This document shows, one piece after another, positions 45,232 through 52,761 of a stretch of 63,083 nt of DNA. The DNA is from Ignavibacteria bacterium (GTDB lineage Bacteria; Elusimicrobiota; Endomicrobiia; PHAN01): positions 1-63,083 of the forward strand of contig JBGFRZ010000054.1 of NCBI GenBank assembly GCA_041694835.1, written 5' to 3'. Under the pieces are notes generated by a model. The model saw only the letters and a program-made list of their open reading frames with translations, did no database searches and was not told the DNA's origin. Each line of letters begins with the position of its first letter. Position 1 is the stretch's first letter. The translations under genes were made by a program, and so were the position numbers.

Positions 45232-47064
45232 ATGATGAAATTAAATAATTTCATAATTAAATACAGGCATATTTTTATAATATTGTTTCATTTGGGACTA
45301 ATAGTTTTCGCATATTTCGCTTCGTTTTATTTGCGATTTGAATTTACTTTTCCAAGAGAATACTTTCAAACGGTCATACCCCGAACGCTTCCGCTTTCAG
45401 TCCTTATAAAACTTCTCTTTTTTTATTTTTTCGGATTGTACTCTGGGCTTTGGCGGTATGCCAGCATTAAGGATTTAGAAAAAATTTTGCTCGCAAATGC
45501 TCTCTCATCGGCTACATTTTTTGGTGCCGTTGTTTTTTATCACGGATTGGTCGGATTTCCGCGTTCGGTAGTTATTATTGATTTCATTCTTTGTACCGCT
45601 CTTGTATCCGGCGTTAGATTATTTACCCGTATAATTAGAGAAAAAATAAAAGTTGATTTATCGAAAGAAAAGAAAAAAGTTTTGATAGTAGGTGCTGGTG
45701 ACGCCGGTGTCTCAATTTTAAGAGAGTGCATAAATAATCCAAAAATTGATTTTGAAGTTGCTGGTTTTATCGACGACGACCCGGTTAAGAAAGGACATAG
45801 TATCCACGGGGTAAAAGTTTTTGGGAACAGGAAAGATATTGCCAAAACAGTTGAAAAACTCGAAATTGACGAAATCATTCTGGCAATTCCTTCGGTAAAG
45901 GGGGGAGTCATTCGCGATATACTTTCTTATTGCGAAAAAACAGAGGCGAATATAAAAATTATTCCTGGACTTGATAAAATTATAAGCGGCCATCTGGAAT
46001 TAAAACCGCGCAAAGTTCAAGCGGAAGACCTTTTAGGCAGAAAACCAGTCAATATTGATAAAACAGAAATCAGGTCTTATCTGAGGGATAAAACAATTCT
46101 AGTAACCGGAGCAGGTGGTTCTATTGGTTCGGAGTTGTGCAGGCAAATCGCCGGTTTTTCACCGAAAAATATCATCTTTTGGGATAATCATGAAAATTAT
46201 GTCTATTACCTGGGAATTGAGTTCAACCAAAAATATCCGGACATAAAATACAACACAATCATCGGAGATGTAAAGGACATAGGATTTTTAAAACATGTAT
46301 TTACCGGATATAAACCACAAGTTGTACTCCATGCTGCGGCTCACAAACACGTCCCTTTAATGGAAGAAAATTCTGCGTCAGCTGTAAAAAACAACATTAT
46401 TACCACGCGGAACTTAATTTATGCTTCCCATCATTACAAGGTCGAAAAATTCGTCCTAATTTCAACAGACAAAGCTGTAAATCCCACAAGCGTTATGGGG
46501 ATGACAAAAAGAATTGCCGAAATGCTTTTACAGATGAAAGCAAAAATAAGCAAAACAAAATTTATGGCGGTGCGCTTTGGAAATGTTCTCGGCTCGTCGG
46601 GGAGCGTGGTTCCTTTATTCAGGAAACAAATCGAAGAAGGCGGTCCTGTAACCGTAACTCATCCCGATGTGCGAAGATATTTTATGAGTATTCAAGAAGC
46701 ATCACAACTTGTATTACAGGCAGGGGCGATTGGCGAAGGGGGGGAGATTTTCATATTGGATATGGGAGAGCAAATCAAGATAACTGATTTAGCGGAAAAT
46801 ATGATTGCGTTGTCGGGTTTAAAGTCTGGCAGGGATATTGAGATAAAATTCACCGGACTTCGTCCGGGCGAAAAACTCTACGAAGAAATATTGTTAGACA
46901 AAGAAAAAGATAAAGTGACAAAAAACGACAAAATATATATTTCACATCCCGAAGAGTTTGAACCCGATAAAATCCGCAAAGAGATAAAAGAATTAGAACG
47001 ATTATCGGACATAGTAGAGGAAGAAAAAATAATTCAAAAAATCAAAGAAATGCTTCCCAGTTAA
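45232..47064 (+). CDS. Membrane-anchored UDP-GlcNAc 4,6-dehydratase (CapD/PglF/WbpM-like)
   Basis: N-terminal TM helices, ILVTGAGGSIGSEL, MGMTKRIAE and FGNVLGSSGSVVPLF. Confidence 0.88.
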   Translation: MMKLNNFIIKYRHIFIILFHLGLIVFAYFASFYLRFEFTFPREYFQTVIPRTLPLSVLIKLLFFYFFGLYSGLWRYASIKDLEKILLANALSSATFFGAVVFYHGLVGFPRSVVIIDFILCTALVSGVRLFTRIIREKIKVDLSKEKKKVLIVGAGDAGVSILRECINNPKIDFEVAGFIDDDPVKKGHSIHGVKVFGNRKDIAKTVEKLEIDEIILAIPSVKGGVIRDILSYCEKTEANIKIIPGLDKIISGHLELKPRKVQAEDLLGRKPVNIDKTEIRSYLRDKTILVTGAGGSIGSELCRQIAGFSPKNIIFWDNHENYVYYLGIEFNQKYPDIKYNTIIGDVKDIGFLKHVFTGYKPQVVLHAAAHKHVPLMEENSASAVKNNIITTRNLIYASHHYKVEKFVLISTDKAVNPTSVMGMTKRIAEMLLQMKAKISKTKFMAVRFGNVLGSSGSVVPLFRKQIEEGGPVTVTHPDVRRYFMSIQEASQLVLQAGAIGEGGEIFILDMGEQIKITDLAENMIALSGLKSGRDIEIKFTGLRPGEKLYEEILLDKEKDKVTKNDKIYISHPEEFEPDKIRKEIKELERLSDIVEEEKIIQKIKEMLPS

Positions 47065-47256
47065 CTTGCCATAGACAAATCAACAGACAATTAAATTACC
47101 TGCCACATCAATTCTCATCAGGGCCACCGGACTAAATCGAAGCATGAGCAGTATATATAGCCTTACATAAATAACGCTACATCTCTTATTTCTGTTGTCA
47201 TCGGTAAATTGTATATCTTATGTATCGTTTTTAAGGCAAGGCCATATAGAAAACTT

Positions 47257-47344
47257 CGGAGAGGGCGAGATTCGAACTCGCGATCCCGTAAAACGGGACA
47301 CCGGTTTTCGAGACCGGCGGTATCAACCACTCACCCACCTCTCC
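47257..47344 (-). tRNA. tRNA-Ser (anticodon CGA)
   Basis: The reverse complement folds by hand: acceptor GGAGAGG/CCTCTCC, anticodon stem CCGGT/ACCGG with loop CT-CGA-AA, a long variable arm, and T-arm GCGAG-TTCGAAT-CTCGC. CCA is not encoded. Confidence 0.9.
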
Positions 47345-47376
47345 CGAAACAACTCTCTTACTCGCAATCAACAGTT

Positions 47377-47443
47377 CCTAAATAATAATCATTCCTATTT
47401 AGTAATCATTACTATTTAGGAATCATTATTATTTAGTAATAGG
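47377..47443. repeat. ~17-nt AT-rich tandem repeat (tatttag(t/g)aatcatta(c/t) x about 2.8)
   Basis: Read directly between smpB and tRNA-Ser. Confidence 0.6.
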
Positions 47444-47458
47444 TTGTTGCGCGGGAAA

Positions 47459-47917
47459 TCAATTTTTGAATTTCTCGGCGAAATTTCGACGCATCTCCCG
47501 CTCGACATCTTTGCGCTTTTTTGTTTCTTTTTTATCGTACTGCTTTTTCCCCTTCGCCAGAGCAATAAGTATTTTGGCTATCCCTTTTTCGTTGAAATAA
47601 CACTCCAGCGGGACCACGCTGAAACCTTTTTGCGTGACTTTGGCGGTTAGTTTTTTTATCTCGCTTTTTTTGAGCAAGAGTTTTCTGCCACGAAAAGGTT
47701 CGTAGGGGAAATTGGTGACATTGCTATACTGAGAAACATTTACATTTTCCAAAAAGGCCTCTATGCCCGAAAATCGCACATAGCCGCTTTTTAAGTCTAT
47801 CTTTCCCTGCCTTATCGACTTTACTTCGCAGCCGAGAAGCGAAATGCCAGCTTCTATTTTTTCAATTATCTCGTAGTCATGAAACGCTTTTCTGTTTGTG
47901 GCGACAATTTTCGTCAT
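47459..47917 (-). CDS. smpB: SsrA-binding protein
   Basis: ATNRKAFHDYEIIEKIEAGISLLGCEVKS...KGKKQYDKK. Confidence 0.92.
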   Translation of the reverse strand: MTKIVATNRKAFHDYEIIEKIEAGISLLGCEVKSIRQGKIDLKSGYVRFSGIEAFLENVNVSQYSNVTNFPYEPFRGRKLLLKKSEIKKLTAKVTQKGFSVVPLECYFNEKGIAKILIALAKGKKQYDKKETKKRKDVEREMRRNFAEKFKN

Positions 47918-47921
47918 ATTA

Positions 47922-48006
47922 TGCGGAAGGAGGGACTTGAACCCTCAAGACCTCATCGGCCATACGGTCCTGAGCCGTACGCGTCTGCCAGTTCCGCCAC
48001 TTCCGC
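47922..48006 (-). tRNA. tRNA-Leu (anticodon CAG)
   Basis: The reverse complement gives acceptor GCGGAAG/CTTCCGC, anticodon stem TACGG/CCGTA with loop CT-CAG-GA, a long variable arm, and T-arm GAGGG-TTCAAGT-CCCTC. Confidence 0.9.
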
Positions 48007-48263
48007 CCAGGCAATCTTTTTACAAACCCCGACCTGCCGGAGGGCAGGCAGTCAACATTGTGCGATGGCAATTCCGACACGCTTCGCTATCGGGACAGGT
48101 CCCACCGCCATAATCAATATACATCTGCACCGCCGATAAATCGGCCACTACAACCACAGTGGCTATGTGGATAAGTGGTTAGTTTTTACTATGCACTTAA
48201 TCACTTATTCCCTATTGGCCGCTCAAGGTCTGCAACTACAATTCACTTTATCGGCGGCGATGT

Positions 48264-48632
48264 TCAATGCTTTGGTGTGACCCGATGTAAAACATTGTTT
48301 TTGATATATTCGAAATTAAACGGCTTCAAAACGCAATCGAGAGCGCCTTCCCTGAAAGCCTCTATCACTTTGTCGGCATCCTTATATGCCGTCATCATGA
48401 CAAACAAAACCTTCTTGTCGAGCGACTTGATATCCTTCATCAACTCTATACCGTTTTTGTCAGGCAAAACAATGTCGATGAAAATCACATCGGGTTCGTT
48501 TAGCACAAACTCCTTCATAGCCGATTTCGCGTCCTCGGCGTAAAAAACGTTCTTATACCCCATGCCATCAAAAAACATAGCAAGGACTTCCCTCGTTTCC
48601 GGATCGTCATCTACAATCAAAATCTTCATCAT
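48264..48632 (-). CDS. Stand-alone response-regulator receiver domain protein
   Basis: KILIVDDDPETREVL...PDVIFIDIVLPDKNG...AYKDA. ATG 48632 is preceded by aggtga. Confidence 0.85.
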   Translation of the reverse strand: MMKILIVDDDPETREVLAMFFDGMGYKNVFYAEDAKSAMKEFVLNEPDVIFIDIVLPDKNGIELMKDIKSLDKKVLFVMMTAYKDADKVIEAFREGALDCVLKPFNFEYIKNNVLHRVTPKH

Positions 48633-48644
48633 TTTCACCTCGTT

Positions 48645-48920
48645 TTATTGAACTTCGCATAATTAGTTGATATTCTGGCTTAACAATTTTGGAGCGAAAC
48701 GAGGAACGAGGAGCGAGGCATACCCTCGGCGGTATGTAAGCGACGAGTGACAAAGTTGTAGCCCAAAAGTGTTAAGCCCCTTCGGGGAGGCAGAACTTTG
48801 GCTGATTTCTGTGTCGTTCGTTGTTTATGTAGCACTGCGGCTACACCGCACTCCTCACTCCTTGAAATCACCTCAAATCTATGCCTCCAAAATGTCAAAT
48901 AATTATGCGAAGTTCAATAA
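48645..48920 (+). repeat. ~278-bp structured palindromic element, copy 2
   Basis: Termini ttattgaacttcgcataattagttgatattctg / caaaatgtcaaataattatgcgaagttcaataa. The core aligns with copies 1 and 3 and includes ccccttcgggg. Confidence 0.85.
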
Positions 48921-48936
48921 TTATGTTCAAGCCATA

Positions 48937-49347
48937 TTATTTTTTCTTTTCCGTGGCGACGGCAATCTTTTTCGCTCCCGCCAGTTTCGCCTTGTCCAAA
49001 ACATCTATCACAAGACCGTAATTTACGGAGCCGTCTGCACGCAAAATAACGGTTTTTTCTTTTTCGGAAAGCATCAGCTTGATCTGCTTTTCGACATCGT
49101 CGATATCAATAAGCCTGTCAGCCAGATAAATTTTTTTGTCCGCCGAAACAGTTAGTATTATCTTGTCATCCTGTTCAATCTCGGCGGTCTTCGACTTTGG
49201 AAGTCTGAGTTTTATCCCGGGCTCTACGACAAATGTCGATGAGAGCATGAAAAATATAAGGAGCAAAAAAACTATGTCGGCAAAAGGCGTAACGTCGAGA
49301 AGCGTCGATGGTTTTTCCTTTGTGAAATATCTTTTTACTTTCAGCAT
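48937..49347 (-). CDS. exbD: Biopolymer transport protein ExbD/TolR
   Basis: A single N-terminal TM segment (DVTPFADIVFLLLIFFM) and the ExbD periplasmic domain pattern. Confidence 0.85.
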   Translation of the reverse strand: MLKVKRYFTKEKPSTLLDVTPFADIVFLLLIFFMLSSTFVVEPGIKLRLPKSKTAEIEQDDKIILTVSADKKIYLADRLIDIDDVEKQIKLMLSEKEKTVILRADGSVNYGLVIDVLDKAKLAGAKKIAVATEKKK

Positions 49348-49348
49348 T

Positions 49349-50677
49349 TTAACCCAGCAGTTTGTCTATGTTTTCAGCTGCCCTTTTTCCGTCACCAACT
49401 GCCTGAGCGACAGTCGCCCCGCCGCCTGCTACGTCACCGCCCGCAAATACCTTTGGATTGGAAGTTGCAAGGGTTTCCGTATTTAATTGAATCTTGCCGT
49501 TTTTCACATCAATGTACTCGCTCAAGAACGACACACTATCGGAGAGTTTCTGTCCGAGGGCAAATATAACTGTATCGGCCTCAACAACATGCTCCGAGCC
49601 GTCAACTTCCTGTGGACGAGGACGTCCGGAACCATCGGGCTCGCCAAGTTTGCATTTTACAAATTCCACACCCGTTACTTTATCGCCGCCCAATATCTTT
49701 TTCGGAGCGGTAAGCCACTCGAATTTTACGCCGACTTCCCTCGCCTCCTCAAATTCGGCTTTGGTCCCCGGCATCTCCGCTTCGGTTCTTCTGTAGAAAA
49801 TCGCAACGGACTCCGCTCCGAGCCTTACGGATGAAGCTGCGCAATCAAGCGCGGTCGACCCACCTCCTATCACTACAACCTTTTTTCCCGTAGGACGCGG
49901 CCGTCCAGAATTAAGTTCTCTCAGGAAATCAAGCGCCTGATATACCCCTTCAAGGTTTTCTCCATGAATATTTGGTTTTGAAGAATCACCAAGGCCGACG
50001 CCGAGGAAGACAGCGTCGTTGTTTTTTAAAATCTCGGAAAACAACTCCTTGCCTACGGTTTTGTTCAACTCCATCTTTATCTGCGAATTTAAGATTATTG
50101 ATATTTCCCCGATCACGACATCTCTCGGGAGACGATACTCCGGTATTCCCCAAACAAGAAGACCTCCCGGTCTATCCGATTTTTCATAAACGATCACATC
50201 CCATCCTTTCTTGTAAAGTTCCATCGCACAGGTCAAGCCGGCAGGCCCCGCACCTATCACTGCCGCCTTTTTCCCTTTAGATGTTCCGTCGACTGCGAGT
50301 TTGATTTTTGACGGCTCCTTATCGGCGGCATATCTCTGAAGCGCCGCTATGTTTATAGGCTCGCCGACATCGCTCTGAGAGCAGCCCTTCTCACATTGTT
50401 TTTCTACCGGACATATCCTCGCACAGACTGAACCGAGGAAGTTTCCATCTCTTATAAGTCTAGACGCTCCTATAAAATTTTTAGTCTTTATTTTTCTTAT
50501 GAACTGCGACGGCTTAATCCCTGCGGGGCACAACTGGTCACACGGGGCGTCGTGGCAGAAGAGACACCTTGACGCTTCAGACATAGCATGATGGGGGGGG
50601 ATTGTTTTTTCGACTTCCCTGAAAGTTTTTTTTCTTTCATCCAATGAAATTTTAGGCGACGCAATTCTCTTTCCCAT
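49349..50677 (-). CDS. GltD/SudA/PreT-family NAD(P)H-dependent FAD oxidoreductase with N-terminal Fe-S domain
   Basis: CLFCHDAPCDQLCP, ICPVEKQCEKGC, VIGAGPAGLTCA and VIGGGSTALDCA. Confidence 0.8.
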   Translation of the reverse strand: MGKRIASPKISLDERKKTFREVEKTIPPHHAMSEASRCLFCHDAPCDQLCPAGIKPSQFIRKIKTKNFIGASRLIRDGNFLGSVCARICPVEKQCEKGCSQSDVGEPINIAALQRYAADKEPSKIKLAVDGTSKGKKAAVIGAGPAGLTCAMELYKKGWDVIVYEKSDRPGGLLVWGIPEYRLPRDVVIGEISIILNSQIKMELNKTVGKELFSEILKNNDAVFLGVGLGDSSKPNIHGENLEGVYQALDFLRELNSGRPRPTGKKVVVIGGGSTALDCAASSVRLGAESVAIFYRRTEAEMPGTKAEFEEAREVGVKFEWLTAPKKILGGDKVTGVEFVKCKLGEPDGSGRPRPQEVDGSEHVVEADTVIFALGQKLSDSVSFLSEYIDVKNGKIQLNTETLATSNPKVFAGGDVAGGGATVAQAVGDGKRAAENIDKLLG

Positions 50678-50867
50678 ATAGTGCCCCCGGTATTTACATC
50701 AAGATGATTATACAAAATTTTACCATACAAAATTAAATTAAATTTTCGTCGGTTTAGGCGGCGACACATTCGACATCGATAGAAATTATTCAATTATTGT
50801 GCCATCAAAAATAATCTCATAGAAGAAAAACCTGTGATATCGTCGCCGTTGTGGATTTTTAACTGAG

Positions 50868-50896
50868 TTGACAAAAAAATTTGTATTTTGTAAAAT
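50868..50896 (+). promoter_or_regulatory. Candidate promoter TTGACA-N17-TAAAAT ending 9 nt before the ATG of the thrC-like gene
   Basis: ttgaca at 50868-50873, a 17-nt spacer, and taaaat at 50891-50896. The ATG is at 50906, which implies a very short or absent leader. Confidence 0.4.
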
Positions 50897-50905
50897 TTCT
50901 TCGAT

Positions 50906-52135
50906 ATGTCTCGGAAAATAAAATCGCTCAAATGCAAGGAATGCGGCAGAGAGTTTCCTGCAAAAGCGATATACGTCTGCGAATTCTGTTTCGGACCCCT
51001 CGAGGTCAGATACAACTACGATTATATAAAAAAAAAGACAAGCGGAAAAACAATTGAAAAAGGACCGCTTTCACTCTGGAGATACAAAGAGCTTCTCCCG
51101 GTTGAATCCGACGATATCACAACCCTTCAGGAAGGTTTTACCCCTTTAATCCATGCAAAAAACCTTGGGGAAGTTTTGGGCCTTAAAAATCTCTACATAA
51201 AAAACGATACCGTCAATCCGACGTTCTCTTTCAAAGACAGAGTCGTCACCGTCGCCATTTCGAGGGCACGCGAGCTCGGATTCGCTACGGTTGCGTGCGC
51301 ATCCACCGGGAACCTTGCCGGGGCAGTATCCGCCTACGGAGCTGTCGCCGGTCTAAAAACATTCGTCTTTATACCTCATGACCTGGAACAGGGGAAAATT
51401 CTCGGAGCGGGAATTTATAACCCGGTTATAGTAGGGGTGAAGGGAAATTACGACGATGTAAACAGGCTGTGCTCGGAAATAGCGGATGCTTTCAGGTGGG
51501 CTTTCGTAAATGTGAACATAAGGCCATATTACTCCGAGGGTTCAAAGACGCTCGGATTTGAAGTTGCAGAACAACTTGGATGGAGAGCTCCAGACAGTGT
51601 AGTAGTGCCCGTAGCGTCGGGAAGTTTGCTCACAAAAATATACAAGGGGTTAAACGAGTTTAATCTTCTAGGGCTGATAGGCGATGTTAAAACGAAATTC
51701 TACGCGGCTCAAGCCGTGGGATGCTCTCCTGTCGTTGCGGCGATAAAAGAAAACTCGGAGATTATAAAACCCGTAAAGCCGAACACGATCGCCAAATCAC
51801 TCGCGATAGGAAATCCTGCCGATGGCTACTACGCCTGGAAAGTCGCGAAAGAGACCGGGGGGGGCGGCGAAACAGTCAGCGATACGGAGATTGTAGAAGG
51901 TATAAAGCTTCTGGCTTCAACCGAGGGGGTTTTCGCTGAAACTGCCGGGGGCGTGACGATAGGCGTATTAAAAAAACTCGTCGAACAAAAAAAGATAGAG
52001 AGAAACCATACGACGGTGGCATACATAACCGGGAACGGATTAAAAACCCAGGAAGCGCTGATGGACAAAGTTTCAAAACCTCACATAATAAACCCCTCTT
52101 TCGAGGAGTTTAAAAAACTTTACAACTCGTTTTAA
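50906..52135 (+). CDS. Threonine-synthase-family PLP enzyme with N-terminal Zn ribbon
   Basis: CKECGREF...CEFCFGPL and FSFKDRV (PLP lysine). 409 aa. Confidence 0.85.
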   Translation: MSRKIKSLKCKECGREFPAKAIYVCEFCFGPLEVRYNYDYIKKKTSGKTIEKGPLSLWRYKELLPVESDDITTLQEGFTPLIHAKNLGEVLGLKNLYIKNDTVNPTFSFKDRVVTVAISRARELGFATVACASTGNLAGAVSAYGAVAGLKTFVFIPHDLEQGKILGAGIYNPVIVGVKGNYDDVNRLCSEIADAFRWAFVNVNIRPYYSEGSKTLGFEVAEQLGWRAPDSVVVPVASGSLLTKIYKGLNEFNLLGLIGDVKTKFYAAQAVGCSPVVAAIKENSEIIKPVKPNTIAKSLAIGNPADGYYAWKVAKETGGGGETVSDTEIVEGIKLLASTEGVFAETAGGVTIGVLKKLVEQKKIERNHTTVAYITGNGLKTQEALMDKVSKPHIINPSFEEFKKLYNSF

Positions 52136-52147
52136 CCGGGAGGACAG

Positions 52148-52681
52148 ATGTCTATAACAGTAAGAATACCTTCTGCTATGAGAGCTCTGACAAAAGAACA
52201 GTCGACGGTGACAATCAACGCTAAAACCGCAAAAGAAATGATAGAAACACTGGAGTCGGAGTATCCTGGAATAAAGGACAGAATATGCGAATCCGATGGA
52301 AAAGTCAGAAGGTTCATCAACATATTCATTAACGGAGAGGACATAAGATTCATAAGTGGAGTAGAGTCGTCAATTCCCGATGGCGCGGAGGTTTCCATAA
52401 TCCCGGCCATAGCTGGCGGTACAGACGGAAGAGCGAAAATTAAGAAAATCAAGTTGGAACTTTATTTCCCGTCAAAACTCATAAAACAGCCCGTAATATA
52501 CACATTGAGCAAAAAATTCAATGTCGTCTTCAACATAAGAAGGGCGAGGGTGACCGAGGAAATCGGCGAGATGATACTTGAATTATCGGGCGGAAAGGAA
52601 GAGATGGAAAAAGCGCTGAAGTGGCTCAAGAGCCAAGGCGTCATCTCTAAGACACTCGGGGGAAGCAAGATAGAAGGTTAG
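52148..52681 (+). CDS. MoaD/ThiS-like sulfur-carrier domain (ends ...IIPAIAGG at residues 90-91) fused to a NIL domain
   Basis: A beta-grasp-like N-terminal domain with an internal GG, followed by KLELYFPSKLIKQPVIYTLSKKFNVVFNIRRARV...GEMILELSGGKEEMEKALKWLKSQGV (NIL-like). Confidence 0.65.
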   Translation: MSITVRIPSAMRALTKEQSTVTINAKTAKEMIETLESEYPGIKDRICESDGKVRRFINIFINGEDIRFISGVESSIPDGAEVSIIPAIAGGTDGRAKIKKIKLELYFPSKLIKQPVIYTLSKKFNVVFNIRRARVTEEIGEMILELSGGKEEMEKALKWLKSQGVISKTLGGSKIEG

Positions 52682-52704
52682 GGGTTGCTTTTTGGCAACC
52701 CCTT
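52681..52704 (+). terminator. Stem-loop after the MoaD-NIL gene
   Basis: ggggttgc tttttg gcaacccc followed by tt. The T-tract is short. Confidence 0.45.
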
Positions 52705-52761
52705 AAAATGATTTATCCTCAAAAAAGCGTAAAACTGTGGTATCATTAACATTATGAATTT

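Noticed and set aside
48007-48263. tmRNA (ssrA) next to smpB. I also looked at 47065-47256.
   Set aside because: - No tRNA-like acceptor/T-arm pair exists beyond the two tRNAs.
- No resume-codon or tag-ORF pattern is present.
- The region is word-repeat hairpins (gccgataaatcggc, ccactacaaccacagtgg).
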